Below are positions 12,724-26,259 of a stretch of DNA of 64,000 nt, piece by piece; within the stretch, counting starts at the first letter, position 1, and the number at the start of each line of letters is the position of its first letter. Position numbers and translations under genes: made by a program. The notes beneath the pieces were generated by a model. The model searched no databases, was not told the DNA's origin, and saw only the letters and a program-made list of their open reading frames with translations. The stretch comes from the human T2T-CHM13v2.0 reference genome, Homo sapiens. Location: the NCBI RefSeq assembly GCF_009914755.1, contig NC_060941.1, one strand, 5' to 3'.

Positions 12724-12835
12724 CATCATCATTCTTTCCAAAGTACTTCCAGATCTTCTCGGCTCGCTTTTCCGGCGTGTTTTCATCGTCTGGAAGGAGC
12801 TTCACGTCCTCGGGAGTGATCATTTTGAAAATAGC
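12724..12835 (-). CDS. RCVRN: Recoverin exon 2 (AIFKMITPEDVKLLPDDENTPEKRAEKIWKYFGKNDD)
   Basis: tacag|GCT acceptor and GATG|gtgaat donor. 112 nt, phase 0 to phase 1. Confidence 0.97.
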
Positions 12836-12899
12836 CTGTACCAAACAGAAAGAAAGAACTCGTTAGGAGGAACTTTAAGGGGCTGGCAACCCTGGAAAA

Positions 12900-13185
12900 T
12901 CCACATCTTACACTGTACACAAAAATCTACTCAAAATGGATTAAAGACTTAAACATAAGACCTCAGACCGTCAAACTGCTGGAGGAAAACGTAGGGGAAA
13001 AGCTTCTTGGCACTGGTCTTGACGATAATTTTTTGGATATGACATCAAAAGCAAAGGCAACATAAACCAGAATAAACAAGCAGGATAGCATCACACTAAA
13101 GAGCTTCTCCATGTCAGAGGAAACAATGAACAAAATCAAAATGTAACTTATGGAATGGGAGAAAACATTCGCAAACCATTTGCGT
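12900..13185 (+). mobile_element. L1M ORF2 fragment in RCVRN intron 1
   Basis: ctcaaaatggattaaagacttaaacataagacc...gaatgggagaaaacattcgcaaac. Confidence 0.8.
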
Positions 13186-13723
13186 TCTGCCTCCCCGGAG
13201 ACACCTGTGAGCAGGTCAGGCAGGGGCAATAATGGCTGTGAAATTATCCTGGAGGGAAGGTCGACAGCTTTGAGAAGTTTCCCTTCAGCCCCCTGGTGCT
13301 GGATAAAGGAGTAAAGAGGCCAAAGCCACAGCCCAGGGCAGCAGCGTCGCTGGCAGCACTCAAAGCCCTGAGCTGGACGCCAGTGTAGGTGGCTCCTACA
13401 CTCCTATCCATCTGTGCAGGGCCTTGGGCACCATGTGCAGGTGTGCCAGCTAGAAGCTGGCAGTGAGTGCCTGCCCACCCCACTTCCAACACGGAGGGAC
13501 AGACCTCCAGAGCCTCAGGAAAGACTGCAAAAATAATCAAATCCTCACCCTGGGCCCAGGAAGGTTATATGGTTTTCCCACAGCAACACTGCTAGTTGGA
13601 GTCAGAGCTGGGACTAGAACCCTTCACTTTTAACTCCCTCAGTCAGTGCTCTGCCCATGAACTTGTAATCTGGTGAATAGCAGAGCCTTCTGCCACCTTG
13701 CACAGCCCCAGCCATTGATGGAG

Positions 13724-13890
13724 TCTCCCTCCCTCCCTTTCCTTTCTTCTTTCTTCCTTTCTCTCCTCCTTTCCTTCTCCTCCCTCCCTTCCTTCTCTCC
13801 TTCCCCTTGCTTCCCCCTCTTTCCTTCCTGACTCCTACCTTCCCTCTCTCCCTCCCTCATTTCCCCCTCCTCCCTTTCCTCCTCCTTTTA
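13724..13890. repeat. CT-rich low-complexity polypyrimidine tract
   Basis: (CCTT/CCCT)n-like sequence. Confidence 0.9.
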
Positions 13891-14434
13891 TTCAATGAGT
13901 ATCAATTTGTAGGCTTCTGCTGGGCCCTGCATTGTTTATGCCACTCTGAAGACTTAGTCCCTGTCCCAGGCCACCCAGAGACCCCACAGCCAATCCGAGG
14001 GAGCTTTCTCTGCAGGCTGTGCCAAGATAACAATGAGAGAGACACATGCCTGCCAGAATGGGAGGCCCGAGCTGAGCATTGAGGATAAGCCCATGGACCA
14101 CAAGCTGCATGCTCTGCTGTTTTATTTATGATTTCTCCTAATAACTGTGGAAGATTTTTGTGCATTTGTCATCATGCAAATGAAAGCATGATTGCCAATG
14201 CACACAAAGTTATTAACATCTAAACAATAGTCTCTACTAACAGGAATGGAATTAGAAGAATAAGGTAAGTGGCAGGGGCAGGGGGACTGAAAAAGAATAA
14301 ATTAAAAAAAAATCAAATGAAGGAAATTAGAACTGGTATAATAGGAAAGAAATGGAAACAACCTAATGTCCAAAAACATAGGAATGTTCAATAATTTCCA
14401 CATTTCCATAAGCCAGAATTCCAAGCAGCTATTA

Positions 14435-14836
<402 letters not shown>

Positions 14837-15009
14837 TTAACATTATTTAAAATTATATAGGTAAAAGACTGAAAAGGTATATACTGATATACTAAGAAAA
14901 GTTTTCCCTGGATGTTGGAATTAGAGGCAATTGTTAGTCTCTTTTGCCTAGGTTTCTAAATTTCATGAGTTACTTTTATATCAGATAAACCATTTTCAAG
15001 ACACCTACG

Positions 15010-15051
15010 AGGTTAGTGGAAAAGTAATTATGGTTTTTGCCATTACTTTCA
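15010..15051. mobile_element. Half MADE1 (mariner MITE)
   Basis: aggttagtggaaaagtaattatggtttttgccattactttca matches the left arm of the MADE1 consensus. Confidence 0.75.
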
Positions 15052-15405
15052 CAACAAAGGATCTGACAGGAGGACAGTATGGACAGGGGAGAAGGCGTGT
15101 TGGGAACCATATGGAAGCCTGTGCGCCTCACAGGGAAACTGTCAGGAGCCGGGGAGCCACGCCGCGCGTGGGAAGCGGGGGCTCATGCGTGGTGCCATGA
15201 TCCGCCCCGCGCTGGGGAGAACATGAGGACTAGAACTCAGAGTTCATGCCCCCAACTTTGACCTCTTTCTACTTTATATTAGAAGCATATTGTGTGTTTA
15301 GAATGAACAGTGATTCAACTTGAATGTGTACTGCTGAAAATTTCAAAGGACATTTTAATAAAGGAAGGAAGAAACAAAGGATGGAGAGAAAGAAAAAATG
15401 TAAAT

Positions 15406-16310
<905 letters not shown>

Positions 16311-16389
16311 TTAGGAAACACTCAGATTCTGCTCCGGGAAGACAACGAAGCTGTGGGCAAGTGCCCACCCCTCTATCAATATCAGCATC

Positions 16390-17000
16390 TCGGAGCACCA
16401 CGCTCTCAGAGCCAGTGGCCCGCATCCCCCGCTCCACCCACAGATCCACTCCCTCTGCAGCAGCTGCAGCAGGGGACCCCCAGCCCGGAGCGACCCCGGC
16501 ACCGCCCAGCCAGAAGGGGAGAGGGGAGACTGACCATGACGATCTCCAGCACTTCATTCTTGCTGATGGTCCCGTTACCGTCCACGTCGTAGAGGGAGAA
16601 GGCCCACTCCAGCTTCTGGTTGGTCTTGCCCGCGGTGGTCATGTGCAGGGCGATGACGTACTCCTTGAAGTCCAGGGTGCCGTCGAGGTTGGAATCGAAG
16701 CTGCGGAACACATGCTGGGCGTAGGCCTTGGGGTCGGTGTCGGGGAAGAACTTGGCGTAGATGCTCTGGAACTGCTGCTGGGTGATGCGGCCGGTGGGAC
16801 AGTCCTTCAGGAAGGACTGGTACCAGGAGCACAGCTCCTCCTCCGAGAACTTGGTGTTCAGCTGCAGCTCCTCCAGGATCTCCTTGGACAGGGCCCCACT
16901 TTTGCTGTTCCCCATGAGTGAGGAAGAGTGGGCAGCGGCTGGGGAGTCGCTGGGTGGGTGGGACGTGCGTGGTCCCCTGGCCGCAGGCTGGGCTCAAGGC
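16390..17000. other. CpG-rich region over RCVRN exon 1
   Basis: Visibly high CpG and GC density compared with the flanks. Not computed. Confidence 0.6.
16535..16915 (-). CDS. RCVRN: Recoverin exon 1 coding part (aa 1-127): N-myristoylation motif MGNSKS, EF1 with CPxG, EF2 DSNLDGTLDFKE, EF3 DVDGNGTISKNE
   Basis: ATG at 16915-16913. 381 nt to donor ATG|GTCAGT (phase 0). Translation is recoverin. Confidence 0.98.
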
Positions 17001-17200
17001 TGGTGTGAGCTGAAGACCGAGATGCTGGTGGCTTAGGAGGATTTGCGACCAGTTCTTCGCAATCCTTGAAGGGAGGAGGGGCCCAGGAGCTTTGTGGAGG
17101 GCGGGAGCGGTGGGGGGGGGTGCTCCCAGAACCCTAGTGAGATTAAAATAAAGAGCCCAGGGCAGGCAGGCAATTCATCTCGGCCTCCCGGGACGATACT
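16916..17200 (-). promoter_or_regulatory. RCVRN: RCVRN 5'UTR and proximal photoreceptor promoter
   Basis: Directly upstream of the ATG. K50 homeodomain (CRX/OTX2) motifs CTAAGCC (17030-17036) and TTAATCT (17140-17146). GC-box/G-run at 17096-17120. No clear TATA box. Confidence 0.7.
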
Positions 17201-17850
17201 AGAACAGGACAGGAGGTTGGAACCCTCAGAGCTGGGGCCTCCGGCACCCCCAGCCCCAGCCCTCTAACAGCAGCCATGTTCCCTGTTTCTCTTCCTCACT
17301 AACTCTGAGCATCTCGGGGCGGGGCTGGCATCTCATATCAAGCCCTAGAATGCAATGGTTAGGAGCACAGACTCTGGGGCCAGCATGGGTTCAAGTCCCA
17401 GCTTGGCTACTTAACTAGCTGTGTGGCCCCAGGCTTGTTTCTTCACCTCTTTCCACCTGGGACACTCTTCTAAACCTTCACTGCAGTCATGTCTCTGCTT
17501 AAATGTCACCTGCTCAGCCAGGCCTATACTGACCCTCTATCTATAATAGCACAACCCCCACCATCATCGGCACGCTGCATGTCCCCTCACCGGAATGAAA
17601 GCTCCGTGAAGGATGGGATTTTGTCTGTGTTGTTCCCGGATGCATTTCCATTGCCAGAACCTGATAGGCTTGGGCCCCCAGCAAGTCTTTCTTGAATAAA
17701 TGGGCATCATAGCATCTACCACACTGTCATTGTGAGGCTGATGTGAGTCAATATGTCTGACACACTTAGAAACTGGCACATGGCTAATGCTAAACACTCG
17801 TTTTGTTATTGTCCATCAGTCACAGGGAGTGAAGGTGAACTGCCTGAAGG

Positions 17851-17867
17851 GACCAGCAGGGGGCAGC
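17851..17867 (+). promoter_or_regulatory. Candidate CTCF site
   Basis: GACCAGCAGGGGGCAGC closely matches the CTCF core consensus. Confidence 0.6.
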
Positions 17868-18018
17868 CAGGCCTGTGTCACCTCGGGAAGGGGCTGCCAG
17901 AGAACGTGGTCACATGGGATGGTGAGATTTTTGGGTTTTTTTAAATTATTCAAGAGAAATCCAAAAATCAGAATTTTTCTTGCAATTTCCACACTTTTCA
18001 ACTTTGGCAATTAATTCA

Positions 18019-18361
<343 letters not shown>

Positions 18362-18744
18362 CTATCTGTGGGTCCATGGCAGGCTGCAGGGTGTCCGTCT
18401 GCAGTGGACTTGGAGTGAGCAGGCAAGAAAACGTGTTTGCTGAGTGAATGGATAAATAACTGAGTGGTCAGAGACGGAGCTGTGCAAAGGCAGGCTTCGC
18501 GTCTGTGCAGCTCAGCGGGGAGTATCAAGCACGAGGAAGCAACCTAGTGAGGACGCTGCACACCTGGATTCTTGTCACCCAGAAGGAAGGGAGGGTGGGC
18601 GTGCACTTTCCTTAGCGGAGCGCAGTGCTCGAGGGGACACACTCAGAACCCCAGCCTTGCCACCGTGGATGGAGAGTTGTCTCTTTTTGCCCTGGGGTGA
18701 GAATGATGAAGAATAAACCCCACGGTCTCCAGGCAGGTAAACTG

Positions 18745-18997
18745 GTTTTTTTTTAGACGGAGTCTCCCTCTGTCACTTAGGCTGGGCACGATCTTGGCTC
18801 ACTGCAACCTCCGCCTCCTGGTTTCAAGCAATTCTCCTGTCTCAGTCCCCTGAGAAGCTGGGACTACAGGTGTCTGCCACCACGCCCAGCTAATTTTTTT
18901 TTGGTATTTTTAGTAGAGTCGAGGTTTCACCATATTGGTCAGGCTGGTCTCGTAAACTCCTGACCTCAGGTGATCCGCCCGCCTTGCATCTCAAAGT
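18745..18997 (-). mobile_element. Alu, 5'-truncated
   Basis: T-tail and Alu body ending at ...tcaaagtg. Confidence 0.88.
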
Positions 18998-19245
18998 GTA
19001 AAGTGGGGATTTTAGCCTACTTACTAACAGGCTAGTGGCAGCAGAAGGTAGGTCCCTGCTGCTGGGAGAAAGCCACCTGCCAGGCCCACCTCATGTCACT
19101 CTGGAAGGACCGAGAGGTTCAGGCACCAAGGGGCAGACTCATCCCTCCCAGCCGCTCTGCCCAGTACAGTTTCAGAGATTTCTCAGGAAACCTGCATATT
19201 GGGGTGTGTGTGTGAACTTTCTAATTTTTTTCCATCACTTTGTGA

Positions 19246-19566
<321 letters not shown>

Positions 19567-19790
19567 GTGAGAATATTACTTCTGAATAGGAGTCCTTCCT
19601 CTCCTAGGCTTTCACCATCCTGTAGCGTGCATTTATTCTCAAGAGCAGTTAGAAACAGGACAGTCACTAGCCTTGAAAACAAACGGGAGCCCAAGCCACA
19701 CCCTGGAATCGCATTCATTCCAGAGCTTCCTTGCAGCCCTGGGGATGGAGGGAGAGTGAGGTCAGAGGCCTCGGCCCCTTGCTCTGAGCC

Positions 19791-19806
19791 ACTAGTAGGG
19801 GGCGAC
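19791..19806 (+). promoter_or_regulatory. Candidate CTCF site (weaker)
   Basis: ACTAGTAGGGGGCGAC, one mismatch in the core. Confidence 0.35.
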
Positions 19807-21134
19807 TGGAAGTGCCTCCTGGATCGCACCCCTGTCCACATCAAGCCTGCAGCAGATGAGGCGAAGCCAGTGTTACAAGTGAGAAGTGGGGCCTCCTAAA
19901 GGCATGTCACCAGCCTGGGGTCACATGGTTGCTAAATGGCAATGCCAGAAGGAAGGAAAGTCCAGGTCTGCCAGCCTGTCCATTTAGGCTTCCTTTGTCT
20001 ACGTCACAGGAGGCCTGAGCCTAGAGGACAAGTAGGTGAGGAGGTGGGGTTACCATGTCAATGAAAGAGGCCCTGGGCGAGGCAGAAGGCAGCCAGAGCC
20101 CTCCAGTCTTTGCTGTCCTCTCCAGGCACAAGGAGGAAGGAGCTGGACCCAGGTCGGAAGCAGCCTGGTACAGTCCACATTCTCCAGGTTGCTGTGCCCA
20201 GGAGGGGCCCCAGGGGACCGCAGGCAGCTGTGTTGATGCTGAGAGTGAGGGGTCATGACCTGGAGGTTTGTTTGAAAACCTGCATAAACATCTTCTATCA
20301 GAGGGAGAGCTTATGCTCCTTAGCCAAACAAGTTGTTGGAGATGATGTATTGTGAGTCGATTTGTTAAGTCTGAGCTGGGGCCATAAACTCTCCCAAAAC
20401 CCAAAGACTGCTCTAGAGGAGAAGGCTTCATCTCCAGGCAGAGGATCCCAGTTTTGGTCTCGCTCTCCTCGCTGGACTGAAAGATGCTTCCCAGAAGCTG
20501 GCCCTGTCCCCTCAAGCAGGAGCTCCATCTTGGCCATTAGCTGGGACCCAGACGCCACCCCTTCCCCATTGCTCGACCTTGCCTGCTATGAGCTGAAGGC
20601 CAAGACGACCCTCCTGCCCTCTGGCCTGGAGCCAGCACCTGCAGAGAAGTCCGCATTGAGAGGGAAAAGGGGGTATGGAGAAGGTGGCGGGGGAGACAGA
20701 GAATGGGGAAGGACCCTCCTCCCACAGCTGTCCCCATTGCAGAAAATGACAATCCATCCTTTTGATGACTTGGATTGAGGTCCTTGGCATCATTCTCAGT
20801 GTTTCTCTTTCGGTCACAACCCACTCCAATCTATCAAGAAATCATCTTGACTCTACCTTCAAGGTACATCCAGAACCAGACCGTTCTTCCCGCCTCCCTT
20901 GCACCTGCCTTGTGCAGGCAGCATCACCGCTGCCTCCTAACAGCTCTTCCTGCTTCTGCTCTTGTCCCCTTACAGCCCCGCAGTGAGCCCCATGGCCATG
21001 AAATCAGGTCATGCACTATGGCTGCCCACTTCTCCCAGTCCAAGCCAAAAGCCTGCAGCAGGCAGCACTGGCCCTCATCCCACCATTTCTCGCAAGTGGC
21101 CTCTGGCACCTCCAAGAACGGATGAAAGGGGGCG

Positions 21135-21260
21135 GATGCCTTTTGTCTCTCTGCTAAGTCATCAGAGGTAAAATCACCACCAATCCCAAGAACCTGGGGG
21201 AAACGCTGAGACGGGTCGTTCAAAGAATGTGACAGCCCTCCAGGAAAGAGGGTTGCCCAG
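21135..21260 (+). repeat. ~125-bp direct repeat, copy A (copy B at 22119-22243)
   Basis: Hand alignment gives about 24 differences in 126 columns. Confidence 0.9.
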
Positions 21261-21524
21261 CGTCCTCATCTTCTCTTCCCTCCTCACTCCCTCCACTCCA
21301 GCCAGGCTGGCCTCAGACACGCGAGCATCTCTTCCGCTTGGAACACTCTCCTCTGGTGACCTTCCAGGGTCCCTCCCAGGTCTCCTTGTCTTTGATCAAA
21401 TACCACCTTCTCAATGAGGCCACTCAAATGACCCTATTGAATCCTGCAACGTACCCTGTCCTGGTTTTCTTTTCCACAACACTTAACACCATCCACACCC
21501 ACATCACAGAACATAGTAGGTCTA

Positions 21525-22243
<719 letters not shown>

Positions 22244-22359
22244 GGGGACCTAGTGTCTCTGGACAGTTTATTTTACATGGGATGAATCTAGGCATCTCGA
22301 GGATACACACAGAGCAGAAGAAAAAAAAAACGAGATGGGATTTAACTTCCTGAAAACTC

Positions 22360-22721
22360 TTTATAATAATGCAGGACAACTGTATATAGCAAACGCCTTC
22401 AAAATTTAAACTCTTTAAACATTTAATTCTTCAGCATTAATACACACAAATGCGGTAACAGGGGTCAGGGGGGTGGTGCGGGGGCAGGTGGGTTACAGCC
22501 TCCACTGGGATCAGGGTTTCAACAGTGTTACTTATAAATTATATTACATCAATTTTATTTACTGATCTAGGCAGCCAGAGGGTGGAAGGATATACAATGT
22601 GGAGGAAACACATTCATACCGGGGTGAGGAGTGCTGGCGGGAGACACGGCTCTTTAACATGAAAAATGTATAAAGTATTTAGCAAAAGTTACAGAAAACA
22701 GATCAAACAAGCAAGTTTATT
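22360..22721 (-). terminator. GAS7 poly(A) signal cluster: AATAAA 22716-22721 and 22554-22559, ATTAAA 22422-22427, TATAAA 22360-22365
   Basis: Hexamers read directly on the minus strand. Which ones are used cannot be determined from sequence. Confidence 0.6.
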
Positions 22722-24639
22722 TTGTTAGAAAATTCCACTTTCATAGGGTTTGCCGATGTGCTCGTGTCTGTGAAGGGGTTGCTTCCGGTCATCTCCTTCC
22801 TAACGGAAGGGAAGGGATGCTAAGTTGGGGCCCCTGTCACTAAGGATGGCTGGCGTCCCTTTGAATGTCTGTCCCTGGGTCCACACAGCTGCCTGGAACC
22901 CACGACTCCCGAGAGCCCGTCTGCTGCAGGTGATGCTGGAAGGGAAGCGCCCCCACTTGACAGATGAGTGCACGGAGGTCCCGACAGGGGATGTGACTTA
23001 ACTTCAGGTTATGGGACAAAGGAGGCCGCAGAGCAGGGCCAGTCCTGTGCTCTCCCCCTGCATAGCAGGCTTTCCCTCTAGGTCTCCCAGTCACCCCACC
23101 CCGAGAGAGCACCCACGTGCCCTGACCTTACATTCCACTGCAATCCCACTAAAGTTTCCCTCAAACACCAAGGAACAGTCCTGAACACCACACGCAATCT
23201 CCAAAGGCCATCGCCCCAACCTCACCCCACCCCCAGAGACACCTCCCAGGAAGCCCTCCTGACAGCCATGCCCCAGCATTTAGAACGTGGGGAGAAGCGA
23301 ATTGGTTTTTGCCCTCTGTCTGATTCTCGCTCTAACCTGCTGCAATGGGAATTGCTTCTTCACCTCCAGGAAAGCCTCAACAAAAATACTCCTGAGGGGG
23401 AGACAAGAGTCCTCCCCGGCAAATTTCAACCCAGCAGAGTCCTGGCAGCCTCTTCGGCTCCCTACCTTGAGGCCCCGGGGGCTCAGGCTTCCTGGCCCTA
23501 ATCTTCACCTGGCCTGGATCCAGAAATGTCTCTGGTTCGCATAGAGAGGTACCCAACTGGTCTCGGGACTCACCTTTCACTGAGCAGGGGGCATGAACAA
23601 GACACAGCTTAGTGGAGTGTTTACCTCAGGGGTCACACTCAGCCTGGTCTGGCCTTAACTGGGTGTGGTCCTGTCCCTGCCACCATGTACCACCATCCAG
23701 TGGGGTGCAGGTACAGGCCAGGCTGTGTGATCACCAGCTAGGCAAGGCTCCAGCTGCGACAAGGACTCCATCTTCACGCCTGTCCTGGCTCCTGGGGAGT
23801 AGACTCCAGAACATACTATCAAAGATCGACGAATGAGATCCAAACGGTCATTACTTGCACTGTCTTTGGGGGGTCCTAGGAGAAACTACCTCATTCTTAA
23901 CAGCTCATAAAACTCTTAATTTTAGCTCCATTTGAATCTAAATGGAAAAGTACCACGGCATCTCTCTCACCAGGACTTGAGGCAATTCTATGCACGATTG
24001 TGCAGATGAGAGCCAGACACAGCATGAACACGTGTACAGGGTACATCATTGGAAATGAGAAAGGGAGGAGGTACATGCAGTTGCCGGTGGCCTGAGACAC
24101 TCATCTAGAACAAACACCCTCAGCTTGCAGATGAAGCAACAGATCCAGGAAAGCATCATGATGAGCCCCAGGGCCAGCCCCAGCCTTCTTGTCCATGCTG
24201 CTTCTGCTCGCCTTTCAAAGCCTCCAACGCCCAATACATAGCCAAGGACCGTGTGACACTGAAGCCTGGGTCCCAGAAGGGAGCAGATCTGCTGGCTGAG
24301 ATGCAAGCTTCAGGTTGCAGCAGACGTGAGCAGCAATTGAGCACCCATCCGTCCCTTCCCCTCCCATCCCTGGATTCTTTCTGCACTACCAAAAACCCAC
24401 CACGCGCCAAAAGGCGAGTGTGAGCCCTAAGAACAGCTTGTGGGCACAGCTGGCATTTGGAGGAGGAGCCTGGGGAACTGAAGGAAGCAGCAAGCTGGAA
24501 GTGGTCGTGCAAACAAGTTGAAGACCCTGGGCCAAGAACTTCCAGGGCGAAAGGCTCAGTGTAAAAATAAAGAAGCAGAGTAGTACGCCCATGCAATGAA
24601 ATACTTCCCGGCAAGGAGAAGGAACAAACCACACGCACA

Positions 24640-24930
24640 CATCATGAATGACTCAAAAGCATTAAGCTGAGGGAAAGATGCCAGACTCAAAAGGCGACAT
24701 CAGTGTGACTCCATTTATATGACATTCTAGAAAAGGCAAAATTATAGGATCAGATAATCAATCAGGGTTGCCAGGGAAAGAGGGCAGGAGAAGGGAATTT
24801 TTTGGAGGGTTAAAAACAGGTTGATCTTGGTGATGGTCACAAGACACTAAATTTGTCAAAATTCACAGAGCTGTATATTTCCAAAGGGTGAATTTTACTG
24901 GATGTCAATCATACCTCAATAAACCTGGGA
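24640..24930 (+). mobile_element. Old L1M 3'-end fragment inside GAS7 3'UTR
   Basis: ccatttatatgacattctagaaaaggcaaaa...atacctcaataaa. Confidence 0.65.
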
Positions 24931-25899
24931 AAAGGTGGTGGCGATGGGCCTTGTAGGGATGGCAAGGATTATGGGGATAAGACGATGTCCAGGCTACGTG
25001 GGGGGGCAGCTGATCTGTACCCCACTTAACATTAGAAGTGCTCTCTCCGACCTACACAAGGAATGCATCTTGAGCCTTCTGTTTAAACACTCCTTGTCAA
25101 GACTACCTGCAGCTGGAAGTAAAATCACCTAAACAAGCCAAGGTCGCTGATGTCCTTCGAATGTTATGGCTTGTATTTCCAAAAGGGACTTTGGCTCAGC
25201 CCAGATTTTTCTGCATCCATCCACTCATCTAGTAATTGATTGGTTTTCACAAAGGGTAGGGAAAGAAACCCCTGGTTGGTGAATTCGTTGGTACACTGTT
25301 TCGGTGTGCCCAGCTGTTTATCAATCCTGACTAGCAGAGCACTGCCTCCCACCGCAGAAATTCTCCTTGGCCAACAGGGTGCTGAGTGGAGGTAGAAAGG
25401 AGGCCCAGGGTGGTCCCACTGACAGAATCTCAGGGCCGCCATCCCCACGGTCCAAGGGGCCTATGTGTTGCCACTGACTGAAAGCACTAGAAAGAATAGA
25501 GGGTAACAAGTGGCTCTTCCTGGAGGTTGTCACAGCAACCAACTTGGAACACCATTTGGCTTAAGGAATTTTTTTTTTCTTTTTAAATCAGGCTTTCACA
25601 AACAGATCTTGTGCATCAGTCTCCTGGGTGGAGGCAGGTAGAAGGGGCTGACTTGTTCTCAGAAATGGAAGGGACATTCTCAAGAATAGCCCAGACCCGC
25701 CCACTTTGAATAAACCCAGCTAAGTCCTCACCTAAGCACCAAGACATAAAACAAAACAACAACCCGGATAGCGTGCTTGCCTCTCCAAAGTGCAGTCTTT
25801 TATTTTCTCAGTTGCATCCTAACCTTGATTTCAACCAGAAACGGGCCCCTGTTCATACGGATAGGGGTTCTGGACTGTTGACTCTAGCCCTGGTCTTAA

Positions 25900-26259
<360 letters not shown>

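Noticed and set aside
14174-14181. Octamer ATGCAAAT in RCVRN intron 1
   Set aside because: A single 8-mer without a correctly spaced SOX half-site.
15010-15051. MADE1 as a miR-548-type hairpin
   Set aside because: Only one arm is present, so it cannot fold into a pre-miRNA.
16406-16534. RCVRN exon 1 ORF running on into intron 1 (169 aa)
   Set aside because: The canonical donor ATG|GTCAGT at 16534 explains the structure. The extension is low-information GC-rich intron.
16361-16921. 186-aa plus-strand ORF opposite RCVRN exon 1
   Set aside because: It is the codon-aligned antisense shadow of a GC3-rich exon, starts at GTG and shows no independent gene signals.
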